From: Octopus sinensis
Taxonomy: Eukaryota
Length of the DNA stretch: 29,337 nt
Direction: 5' to 3'
Assembly (NCBI RefSeq): GCF_006345805.1
Contig: NW_021833167.1
Span: 1 to 29,337 of the forward strand
Under the pieces are notes generated by a model. The model searched no databases and was not told the origin of the DNA. It worked only from the letters and a program-made list of their open reading frames with translations. Below are positions 1 to 11,759 of the stretch, piece by piece. The first letter of the stretch is position 1. Every line of letters starts with the position of its first letter. The translations under genes and the position numbers were made by a program.

Positions 1-279
1 CGGGGTGAGCCTATTTATATATGAGGTGTGTGTTTATATCCACTTGTTCCCTTTCTGTCTTACCCTTCTCCGTTCCCTCCGCTTTCTGGTTGTCTTGTCT
101 TCATTTATCCCCTTTTCTCTTTCTCTCTCTCTCTCTCTCTCTCAATATCTCTTCCTTTCTTTCTCTCTCCTTCTCTCTCTCACTCGCTAATACTTAAGCG
201 TCAGTCCCTGAATGACCCTCCCACACAAAACATTTCGCTCTCGGCAATTAACACGTATAATGTATACACACACACACAC

Positions 280-334
<55 letters not shown>

Positions 335-475
335 TATGTGACTCTATATGCTTTGGAGAGACTCAGCTTATTTTTCTATCTGTCTTTCCTATTCTCGTAG
401 GTTCTAATTTGTCCTCTCAAATTTCTCTTCCTCTCTCTCTCATTCGTCCTCTTATTCTCTCTCTTTCTCTCTCTC

Positions 476-560
<85 letters not shown>

Positions 561-664
561 TTACATATACTACAACACACATATATATATACACATATAT
601 ACACACATATATATTTGTATATAAACATTCTCTGGCGGTAATGTATGTATGTGCGTGTGTATAT

Positions 665-835
665 TTCCTCTGTCTTTCCCTTCTCGGGATCTTTCCTTCT
701 CCTAATGTTTCCGACAAAGAGCTCCGCTCGAAACGTTAAATCCTTCTTCCCTTCTTTCCTGAGCGTCCAATAATACTTTATTTGTTCCACGTCCTCGCGT
801 TGTTGTGTTTTTTTTTGTGTTGTGATTTCTTGTTT
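665..835 (+). mobile_element. Possible Penelope-like terminal-repeat fragment with a degenerate minimal hammerhead motif
   Basis: 711-740 reads ccgacaa-a-gagc-tcc-gctc-gaaacgtt-aaa. This is hammerhead topology with an intact stem II and a palindromic stem III, but the CUGANGA core is altered at two positions. The Penelope assignment is an inference from motif type. Confidence 0.4.
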
Positions 836-845
836 GGATTAACTT

Positions 846-909
<64 letters not shown>

Positions 910-1399
910 ACAAAATAATAAAACACATATGACATATACATACACATATGTTCGTACCTACATCTATATGTATATATACATGCATATATGGGTACAGGAC
1001 ACCAAAAAGACGTCGAACACAATGAGAAACGAAAACAAAAGCACAAAACCAAAGAAACGGACATTTCTTTAAACAACGAAAAAACAGAGTAAAAGGCAAA
1101 CAACACAAGGAAAATTCCCCTTCTTCAGCCGCCTCCGCTTCGTCTACTCCACACACATACATACATATATTCAAGTGTACGTGTATTGTATATAAGAATG
1201 TAAGAATGTGTAAACACACATTTGTTTATGTGGTTATAATGTTGACGGTAGGAACAGATATTTTTTTCGTGCCCGTGCTTATAAGAGGCTCAATAAAGCG
1301 GAAAGAATTCGGATTCCAGGTTAATGACATATATACATCGGCGTGTACTCACCTAGACACACGCGTATGTATGGATGGATGGATTCACACACACATACA

Positions 1400-1725
1400 G
1401 GGCAAGTGTCTTCTACTATAGCCTCGGGCCGACCAAAGCCTTGTGAGTGGATTTGGTAGACGGAAACTGAAAGAAGCCCACTGTATATATGTATGTGTGT
1501 GTATATGTTTGTGTGTCTGTATTTGTCCCATCCAACATCGCCTGACAACCGATGCTGGTGTGCTTATGTCCCCGTCACCTAGCGGTTCGGCAAAAGAAAC
1601 CGATGGAATAAGTACTGGGCTTACAAAGAATAAGTCCCGGGGTCGAGTTGCTCGATTAAAGGCGGTGCTCCAGCATGGCCGCAGTCAAATGACTGAAACA
1701 AGTAAAATAGTAAAAGGAGTAAAGA
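1400..1725 (+). mobile_element. SINE family A (tRNA-derived, octopus-type), 5'-truncated
   Basis: gggcaagtgtcttctactatagcctcgggccgaccaaagcc...internal (TG/TA)n...gctccagcatggccgcagtcaaatgactgaaacaagtaaaa. The same sequence recurs more than 10 times in the window. Confidence 0.9.
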
Positions 1726-2094
1726 GAGACGCAGACATGGTTTTGGATCTCCATCGTTTGACATGAGGATTCAGGTGCTCATTTGACTGAATTAGCTTCT
1801 CTTTAATTAACGTGTTCGCGGTTGAGTATCCCGCATTACACAAGCGCCCTTAAATTAATTCTCAGACCTGATCATCATGACAAGGTTGTTCTTTTGGGAT
1901 TAGATGTACACCTATCCCAAAGGTTGTACTTTTGGGGAAACTACAGGTAGATCCACCCAATTTCACACGCAAAGTATGGGTCGACCCAACATTGTCGAAA
2001 ATGTTATTAGATCCAGTGACCGCGTAGAATGAATCGGACTTGAAATATCGCGGATGCAAAGCGAATTATAAAAACAACTGGCTTTTTTTGTGCT

Positions 2095-2660
2095 TACTTA
2101 CATACATACATACATACGTACGTACGTACATACATACATACATACATACGTACGTACGTACATACATACATACATACATACGTACGTACGTACGTACGTA
2201 CATACATTCGTACGTACGTACGTACGTACGTACATACATTCGTACGTACGTACATACATACATTCGTACGTACGTCCGTATATACATTCGTACGTACGTA
2301 CGTACATACATTCGTACGTACGTACATACATACATACATTCGTACGTACGTACATACGTACATACATTCGTACGTACATACATACATACATTCGTACGTA
2401 CATACATATATACATACATTCGTACGTACATACATATATACATACATTCGTACGTACATACATACATACATACATACATTCGTACGTACATACATATATA
2501 CATACGTACGTACATACATACATGTATGTATGTATGTATGTATGTATGTGTGTATGCATGTGTGTATGCGTGTATGCATGTATGTATGCATGTATGTATG
2601 CATGTATGTATGCATGTATGTATGCATGTATGTATGTATGTATGCATGTATGTATATGTA
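2095..2660. repeat. Compound tetranucleotide microsatellite (TACA/TACG/TTCG)n that flips to (TGTA/TGCA)n
   Basis: Read directly; the strand switch is at ...tacataca|tgtatgta... (2522/2523). Confidence 0.95.
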
Positions 2661-2934
2661 CCTGTCTGTGTATGTGAGTGTGTTTTGTAAAAATCATGTT
2701 GAAAGTGACTTTTTAATTTTAGCGTGAAGGGTTTTATTAAGTCCTTGCTTGCGCAAGTCGTCAGGCGAAACCCGAAGACCTCGTCGGCGAGGACTTGACA
2801 AACCAATTTGAGTCTGCTGTCAGCAGTGACACCCCGACTGCCTCTCAACACACACACCTTATCAATAACTGTTCCGTGGTTATTCTTTAACTTGCTTCAT
2901 AACGACAACCTTAGGTTAGCATTTTATATGTATG

Positions 2935-3740
<806 letters not shown>

Positions 3741-3884
3741 AGTGCTTAGAAAACGACCCCAGATGTTGGTTTATATAACTTTAGTATGACCTCTGAGGTC
3801 AACAACATCGTATATGGCAAGTTCGTTATTTGAAACACTTCCTCATTATCGCTATTCTTCCACATTTTCTCGTCTTCGTCGTCG

Positions 3885-3916
<32 letters not shown>

Positions 3917-4259
3917 GTCATTGTTGTTGTTGTTGTTGTTGTTGTTATTGTTGTTTATCTTCTTGTTATTTATTATATATATTTTTTCCGTTTCTGATGC
4001 TATTTTCGCTGTTGTTGTTAACGCTGTTGGTTGTTTTTAATGGCAGTCGTTGTTTTTGACTTTAAGAGTGTAGGCGTTTTATGAATGTATTTGCGGAGAG
4101 CCGTTCGGATGTGTGTATGTGTGTGTGTGTGTGTGTGTTTACGTATATGTAAATATATGAGTCTGTGGTGTGGTGTGTGGTGTGTGTGTGTGTGTTTACG
4201 TATATATAAATATATGAATCGGTGTGTGAGTCTGTATGAATCAGGAGCGCGGTATGTGT

Positions 4260-5130
4260 TCCGCCGAGGTCGACTTTGCCTTTCATCCTTTCGGGGTCGA
4301 TAAATTAAGTACCAGTTATGCACTGGGGTCGATGTAATCGAATTAATACCTATGTCTGTCCTAGTTTGTCCCCTCTGTGTTTAGCCCCTTGTGGGCAGTA
4401 AAGAAATAGGTATTTCGTCTGCCGCTACTTTCTGAGTTCAAATTCCGCCGAGGTCGACTTTGCCTTTCATCCTTTCGGGGTCGATAAATTAAGTACCAGT
4501 TACGCACTGGGGGTCGATGTAATCGACTTAATACCTATGTCTGTCCTTGTTTGTCCTCTCTGTGTTTAGCCCCTTGTGGGTAGTAAAGAAATAGGTATTT
4601 CGTCTGTCTTTATGTTCTGAGTTCAAATTCCGCCTTTCATCCTTTCGGGGTCGATAAATTAAGTACCAGTTACGCACTGGGGTCGATGTAATCGACTTAA
4701 TACCTATGTCTGTCCTTGTTTGTCCTCTCTGTGTTTAGCCCCTTGTGGGTCGTAAAGAAATAGGTATTTCGTCTATCTTTATGTTCTGAGTTCAAATTCC
4801 GCCGAGGTCGACTTTGCCTTTCATCCTTTCGGAGTCGATAAATTAAGTACCAGTTACGCACTGGGGTTGATATTATCGACTTAATCCGTTTGTCTGTACT
4901 TGTTTGTCCTCTCTGTGTTTAGCCCCTTGTGGGTAGTAAAGAAATAGGTATTTCGTCTATCATTATGTTCTGAGTTCAAATTCCGCCGAGGTCGACTTTG
5001 CCTTTCATCCTTTCGGGGTCGATAAATTAAGTACCAGTTACGCACTGGGGTCGATGTAATCGACTTAATACCTATGTCAGTCCTTGTTTGTCCCCTCTGT
5101 GTTTAGCCCCTTGTGGGTAATAAAGAAATA
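4260..5130 (+). mobile_element. SINE family B tandem array: 5 units (first 5'-truncated), ~184-bp period, flanked by ggtatgtgt direct repeats
   Basis: Unit junctions aaagaaata|ggtatttcg at 4409, 4594, 4763 and 4947. A B-box-like gagttcaaattcc is present in each complete unit. ggtatgtgt occurs at 4251-4259 and 5131-5139. Confidence 0.9.
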
Positions 5131-5139
5131 GGTATGTGT

Positions 5140-5620
5140 ATGTGTACGTGTATATATAGACATATATGTGTGTATGTGTACGTATGAAGGTCTGCGTAGG
5201 TGTGTGTTTGTGTACGTGTACATATAGACATATCTCTGTGTTTGTGTATGTGTACGTATGAAGGTCTGTGTAGGTGTGTGTATGTGTATACATGCAAGTC
5301 CGTTTGTGGTGTGTGTGCATGTATGTATACGTATGTAAGGTAAGCATGTGTCAGTGTGTGCGTGTGAATGTGTTTGCGGATAGTCGTTCGTATGTGTGTG
5401 TGTGTGTGTGTTTACGTATATGTAAATATATGAGTCGGTGTGTGTCCGTATGTATATGTGTACATGTACATATAGACATATCTCTATGTGTAGGTGTATG
5501 TGTACGTATGAAGGTCTGTGTAGGTGTGTGTATGTGTATGTATGCAGGTCCGTTTGTGTGTGTGTGTGTGTGTGTGCATGTATGTATACGTATGTAGGTA
5601 AGCATATGTCAGTGTGTACG
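5140..5620. repeat. TG-rich minisatellite with recurring gtgtacgtatgaaggtctg and tatagacatat motifs
   Basis: The motif repeats near 5170, 5245 and 5500. Confidence 0.75.
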
Positions 5621-5751
5621 TGTGTAGGGGGCATTACTGTTCTACATAATGTCAACCCTAAATCAACCGTGCCTAAAATCAAGCCCTTCCATCCGTGACC
5701 TTCTACTCTTAATGCCAGATTTATAAATCCAGTGTACATGTATTTTTTCTT

Positions 5752-6031
5752 TCATTTTTGTATTGGCTTCGGTTATTTGATTGCGGCCATACTGGAGCAC
5801 CACTTTAAAGGGGCGTTTTAGTCAAAGAAAACGACCTCGTTTTTATTCTTTGTAAGCCTAGTTATTTATACTATCGGCCTCTTTTGCCGAACAGCTTAGT
5901 TACGGGAATGTAAACAAACCAGCATCGGCTGTCAAGTGATGGTCGGGGAGCAAACACACACATAAATATATACATACATATATGTATGTGTGTATGTGTA
6001 CAAGTATATACATACATATTATATATATATT

Positions 6032-6074
<43 letters not shown>

Positions 6075-6247
6075 ATATTTATATATATGTGTGTGTGTGT
6101 ATATATATATTTATATATATGTGTGTGTGTATATATATATATTTATATATATGTGTGTGTGTATATATATATATTTATATATATGTGTGTGTGTATATAT
6201 ATATATATGTGTGTGTGTGTATATATTTATATATATGTGTGTGTGTA

Positions 6248-6283
<36 letters not shown>

Positions 6284-6428
6284 TACGACAGCCTTCTTTT
6301 AGTTTCCTTCTACCAAATGGTCGGCCCGAGGCTATAGCAGAAGACACTTGCCCAAGGTGCCACGCAGTGGGACTGAACTCGGAACCATATGGTTCGGAAG
6401 CAACCTTCTTACCACACAGCCATGCCTG
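5752..6428 (-). mobile_element. SINE family A with internal microsatellite expanded to ~300 bp
   Basis: 3' half at ~5752-5960, (TA/TG)n at ~5970-6285, and 5' half with a B-box-like head (gggactgaactcggaacc on + strand) to ~6428. Confidence 0.85.
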
Positions 6429-6724
6429 TATAAGTGTATGTAGATATTTTGTCATTTATTGTTGTTGTCGAACTGTATTCCATCCTTGACCATCCCATCA
6501 TATTTTCTGGGAAAACAATCTCCTATTCGGGATAAGAAATATCTCCAAATCCCAAAGTGTGTCCTTCCGTTATTCAAGATGTTTGGGCGTGGTTTAATGT
6601 GAATTTGACTGTATTTTCACGCGAGTTGAATGACCTTGCTGTGGTAATTGTTGTTGTGGTTGTTGTTGCGGATGTTTACACTATTGACGTAGGTCAGACA
6701 GTAATCTTAGTAGCAACAACAAAA

Positions 6725-7677
6725 TCGTTAGCACGCCGGGGGCGAAATGCTTAGCGGTATTTCGTCTGCCGTTACGCTCTGAGTTCAAATTCCACCGAGG
6801 TCAACCTTTGCCTTTCATCCTTTCGGGGTCAATTGCATAAGTACCAGTTACGCAATGGGGGTTCGATATAATCGACTTAATTCGTTTGTCTGTCCTTGTT
6901 TGACCTCTCTGTGTTTAGCCCCTTGTGGGTAGTAAAGAAATAGGTATTTCGTCTGCCGTTACGCTCTGAGTTCAAATTCCACCGAGGTCAACCTTTGCCT
7001 TTCATCCTTTCGGGGTCAATTGCATAAGTACCAGTTACGCACTGGGGGTCGATATAATCGACTTAATTCGTTTGTCTGTCCTTGTTTGACCTCTCTGTGT
7101 TTAGCCCCTTATGGGTAGTAAAGAAATAGGTATTTCGTCTGCCGTTACGCTCTGAGTTCAAATTCCACCGAGGTCAACCTTTGTCTTTCATCCTTTCGAG
7201 GACGATTGCATAAGTACCAGTTACGCAATGGGGATCGATGTAATCGACTTAATTCGTTTGTCCGTCCTTGTTTGACCTCTCTGTGTGTAGCCCCTTGTGG
7301 GTAGTAAAGAAATAGGTATTTCGTCTGCCGTTACGTTCTGATTTCAAATTCCGCCGAGGTCAACCTTTGTCTTTCATCCTTTCGGGGTCGATTAAATAAG
7401 TACCAGTTACGCAATGGGGCTCGATGTAATCGACTTAATCCGTTTGTCTGTCCTTGTTTGACCTCTCTGTGTTTTGCCCCTTGTGGGTAGTAAAGAAATA
7501 GGTATTTCCTCTGCCGTTAAGTCCTGAGTTCAAATTCCGCCGAGGTCTTTCATCCTTTCGGGGTCGATAAATTAAGTACCAGTTACACACTGGGGTCGAT
7601 GTAATCGACTTAATCCCATTGTCTGTCCTTGTCTGTCCCCTTTGTTTCGCCCCCTGTGGGCAATAAAGAAATAAATA
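6725..7677 (+). mobile_element. SINE family B tandem array: one head plus 5 units of ~186 bp, flanked by an 18-bp TSD with 2 mismatches
   Basis: Head aatcgttagcacgccgggggcgaaatgcttagc; ggtattt unit starts at 6756, 6943, 7129, 7315 and 7501. ttagtagcaacaacaaaa (6707-6724) versus ttagtagcagcagcaaaa (7678-7695). Confidence 0.9.
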
Positions 7678-7714
7678 TTAGTAGCAGCAGCAAAAGCAGA
7701 AGCAGCGGTAGAAG

Positions 7715-7720
7715 CTCTAA

Positions 7721-7759
<39 letters not shown>

Positions 7760-7913
7760 GTAGGTGGTGGTGGTTGTCCTTGTCATCGCAGAGTTGATGG
7801 CGTTGTTGGTGTCGTATTAGTAGAGCTCGATATTGTGGTGGAGTTGGTGCTGGTGGTAGTAGAAGTGGTAGTAGTAGTAGTAGTAGTAGTAGTAGTATTG
7901 TTGGTTGTAACAT

Positions 7914-7970
<57 letters not shown>
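7715..7970. repeat. (AGT)n/(GGT)n trinucleotide microsatellites
   Basis: Read directly. Confidence 0.9.
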
Positions 7971-7971
<1 letters not shown>

Positions 7972-8149
7972 GGAGCACATTCTTTTTTTGTGTCGTGTAC
8001 GTTTTATATTGTCATCTATGATGGCGGTGGTGGTGATGTAATGTTGCCGATGATGCTGATGTGGTGGCGGGTTGCATTGCGTTGGTGCATTTGTCGTTTC
8101 GCAGTGATTATTAGATTGGCTCTCTGCGTCTTCGCTGTCATACGACGAC

Positions 8150-8610
8150 GACGATGATGATGATGACACCGACGACCTGCGATGATGATGATGATTGTGG
8201 TGAAGGTGATGAGGACGATGACAATGACGACGACGATGACGATGATGATCATTGTGGTGGAGGGGATGATGATGATGATGACGACGACGACGATGATGAT
8301 GATGATGATGATGATGATGACGATGTTGATGATTGTGGTGAAGGTGATAAGGATGATGATGTTGACGCCGACGACGACGATGATGATTGTGGTGAAGGTG
8401 ATGAGGACGATGATGACAATGACGACGACGATGACGATGATGATCATTGTGGTGAAGGGGATGATGATGATGATGACGACGACGACGATGATGATGATGA
8501 TGATGATGATGATGACGATGTTGATGATTGTGGTGAAGGTGATAAGGATGATGATGTTGACGCCGACGACGACGATGATGATTGTGGTGAAGGTGATGAG
8601 GATGATATGA
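8150..8610. repeat. (GAT/GAC)n-derived minisatellite with ~192-195 bp higher-order period
   Basis: tgtggtgaaggtgatgagga recurs at 8196, 8388 and 8583; there are seven tgtggtg(a/g)agg subunits. Confidence 0.9.
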
Positions 8611-9042
8611 GTGCGTGTATGTGTGTGAGTGAGTGTGTGTGAGTGAGTGCGTATGTGTGTGTGTATGTGCGTGTGTACAGCCGGACTTCTATATAGTTTC
8701 CGTCCACCCAAGTTCACCGGGAAAGCTTTAGTCATCCTGCGGTGGGGTGGGGTGGATATAAAAAAAACATTAGTCCAACTTCACACGGTGTCGGATTGAA
8801 CCTGAGACCTCGAATTTTTTAACAATTCGAGTACCTCTGCTTGATTTGTTTACTGGTACCTTGCACAGCACTTCATCAACATCATCATCACCATCATCCA
8901 GTGTTTTAAATCCAGGTTTTGTCATAGCAACCGAGGTCGGCAGGTGCAGCCCACCCCAACCTTTGGGCTGGATGATGCTCATTCTCCTTTGCTATTGTGA
9001 GGCTTTTTTGGAGCTGGATTTTCTACGGAGTGGGGGGCATGT

Positions 9043-9330
9043 CCTTGCTTACCCTCAACTTCCGTTTCTAGACATGAGTGGTCCTGAGACCAAAGCGGGG
9101 AGCTTGCCCTTCCTTACTCTCAACCTCAGTTTCTAGACATGAGTGGTCCCGTGACCAAGGCCTCCACCACGATTTTTAAGAAATGTGGAAAACTAGCTTG
9201 GGAAGGCAGGGACACTACTTCTGAGACCCCTATACTTCAGAGTCCTCCCCTACATATACAAGAAATGTGGTGGAAAACTAGCTCAGCAAACAGGGACCCT
9301 ACTCCCTGAGACACCTTTCGGAGCCCCCTA
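9043..9330. repeat. Two adjacent diverged direct duplications (~65-bp and ~82-bp period)
   Basis: gtttctagacatgagtggtcc occurs twice (units from 9043 and 9108); aagaaatgtgg..aaaactagc occurs twice (9178 and 9260). Confidence 0.75.
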
Positions 9331-9798
9331 CCACAGTAATAATAAATTTGCATCATTTATACTAATGAACAGATACCTGCATTTAATTTTGATTATTGAA
9401 GTAAATTTCATATTTGCTTAATTTAGAGGTGACCACCTCTACTTCGGAAGAAATCATTAATCCCCGGAAAAGTGCTGCAGCCAAAAGTTCTGCAAAAATC
9501 GATGTTTTACCTGTGCGTGATTTGTGGTTATAGCCTATGACGAAACATCAGATGAAAGGATTCCGGCTCGACAGCAGACGGTCACGTGTAGTTACGACAT
9601 TATAGCGACAGTGACACGAACGACAGGAATAGAATATCTCAGACGACCAAAAACCAGTATGTTAGCTATCATCATCATCATCATCATCATTATCGACGTC
9701 GTCGTCGTTTTATGCCTGTTCTTCAGCGCTTGCGTGAGTCCAGTGGAATTCGTTGAAGCAGATTTTTTTTTGCTACACCTGGATGCCCTTCCTGCATA

Positions 9799-10178
9799 CT
9801 ACTCGTTTACTTGTTTCAGTCATTTGACTGCGGCCATGCTGGAGCACCGCCTTTTTAGTCGAGCAAATCGACTCCAGGACTTTGTAAGCCTAGTACTTAT
9901 TCTGTCGATCTCTTTTGCCGAACCGCTAAGAAACGGGGATGTAAACACACCAGCATCGGTTGTCAAGCGATGTGGTGGGGGGGGGGGGCAAACACAAACA
10001 CACAAACACACACACACACTTATACATTATATATTCTTTCAGTTTCCGTCTACCAAATCCACTCACAAGGCTTTGGTCGACCTGAGGCTATAGTAGAAGA
10101 CACTTGCCCAAGGTGCCACGCAGTGGGACTGAATCCGGAACCGTGTGGTTGGTAAACAAGCTACTTACCACACAGCCA
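9799..10178 (-). mobile_element. SINE family A, near full length
   Basis: Reverse complement of the 1400-1725 copy plus the tRNA-like head (gggactgaatccggaacc...ctacttaccacacagcc). Confidence 0.9.
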
Positions 10179-10222
10179 AGATACATAATTAAAAATATTG
10201 CTGAGGAAATATTGTTAAGGCT

Positions 10223-10416
10223 AATGTGCCAGACATAGTAATCTGGGACTTAGTAAAAAAATAAACAGTAAATGAAAAATAATGGCCAGCAGATGTTTAC
10301 ATCATTTTAAAGATAAAAGGAGAAAAATCCTCTATCGGAAATTAATGAGAAATCCTCAGCTACTCTACCTGGAATATCGTTTAAGATTTATACCAGTAAT
10401 TATTGGGGCATATGGA
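10223..10416 (+). pseudogene. Degenerate C-terminal restriction-like endonuclease (RLE) region of an R2/R4/NeSL-superfamily non-LTR retrotransposon
   Basis: Fragments translate as NVPDIVIWDLVKK*, PADVYIILKIK and KILYRKLMRNPQLLYLEYRLRFIPVIIGAYG. This matches the PD...EK..Y..L...P(V/I)IIG..G pattern of RLE domains, broken by stops and frameshifts. Confidence 0.65.
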
Positions 10417-10791
10417 TTTGAAACTGATCGGCTCAGTATTTATTATTCTACAGCTGTTGGCCTTCACAGAGTAAGAAAGGACACGGTTAATTAAGAAATT
10501 GTAATTAAAAGCCATTAATGAGACTAAGTGAAACATGCAAAACATGCCAGCTATTTATGGTGTAATATGTATGCACGTGTGTATGTGTGTGTATTTGTGT
10601 ATATGTGTATGTGCGTGTGTGTGTATTTGTGTGTGTGCACGTGTAAGAATACACAGATGTGTAGGCGTATGCACATATAACTAAAAGTTACAGATTCGCA
10701 CACGCGGTGATATGCATGACTGCACATGCATTCATGCGTGTATTGTTATAAACAAACACGCGCATGGGCATTTATATGCATGCATGCCCGT

Positions 10792-11000
10792 GTTTCAGTT
10801 ATATGGCTGTGGCCATGCTGGAGCAACGCCTTTAGTCGAGCAAATCGACCCCCCCAGGTCTTATTCTTTGTAAGCCTAACACCTATTCTATCGGTTCTCT
10901 TTTTGCCGGACTGCTAATGTTACGGGGACGTAAACACATCAGCATCGGTTGTCACGCGATGTTGGGGCGCCACAAACACAGACACACAAACATATGCACA
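10792..11000 (-). mobile_element. SINE family A, 3' half, running into a (GATA/GACA/GGAT)n block to ~11470
   Basis: cagttatatggctgtggccatgctggagc...gtaaacacatcagcatcggttgtc. Confidence 0.8.
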
Positions 11001-11186
11001 CACATAGATAGATAGACAGACAGACAGACAGGTAGATAGATAGATGGATGGATGGATTGATGGGTGGATGGAGGGATATGTAGATAGACAGACAGACAGA
11101 TAGATAGACAGACAGATAGATAGACAGACAGACAGACAGACAGGTAGATAGATGGATGGATGGATGGATGGACAGACAGACAGAGA

Positions 11187-11221
<35 letters not shown>

Positions 11222-11395
11222 GTAAATAGATAGATGGATGGATGGGTAGATGGATGGATGGATGGATATGTAGATGGACAGACAGACAGACACAGGTAGA
11301 TAGATGGATGGATGGATGGATAGGTAGATGGATGGATGGATAGATAGGTAGGTAGATGGATGGATAGGTAGATAGATGGATGGATGGACAGATAG

Positions 11396-11454
<59 letters not shown>

Positions 11455-11759
11455 TAGATAGATAGCTTCGGAGCTAGACATACAGACAGACGGGTCGACA
11501 AAGATAAGATAACACATGAAGACAGTACAAACACAGTAGTATCCAGCTAGTAAGATCGTAGTAGAATTGAGTTCAATGCAGTACTGTATCGTTATTTCAA
11601 TCGTACACCACTATCTTAATGTAGAGTAAGACGGAGGGAGTCTAAAAAAATCTATAACCGTCTATTTATAAATAGTAACAGCCAAATAGAGATGTCGTGA
11701 TATAATTATAGACTGGTGGAGTTCTACTATAGCTAGCGTCTAACGGGAGCTAACATAGA

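Noticed and set aside
1862-2059. - strand ORF HPRYFKSDSFYAVTGSNN...PCHDDQ as an exon
   Set aside because: Weak AAG acceptor and an upstream stop; the DNA is built from diverged internal repeats (caaggttgttctttt / aaaggttgtactttt; tagatccac); the peptide is not recognised.
2660-2900. - strand ORF LKNNHGTVIDKVCVLRG...HDFYK as an exon
   Set aside because: In-frame TGA just upstream with no good acceptor, the phase does not join the 1862-2059 candidate, and no family is recognised.
6440-6720. Long - strand frame interrupted by a single TGA (possible Sec or edited read-through)
   Set aside because: Stops of this frequency are expected by chance; no SECIS-like element or homology is evident; (AAC)n repeats inflate ORF length.
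4260-7677. Regularly spaced repeats as a possible CRISPR array
   Set aside because: The whole ~185-bp unit repeats, there are no unique spacers, the context is eukaryotic and the units carry SINE B boxes.
8870-9030. (CAT)n-tailed fragment with ggattttctacgg (a similar one at ~9665-9795 has ggatgcccttcctg) as an RTE-related SINE/LINE end
   Set aside because: Too short and diverged to define boundaries or a family from sequence alone.
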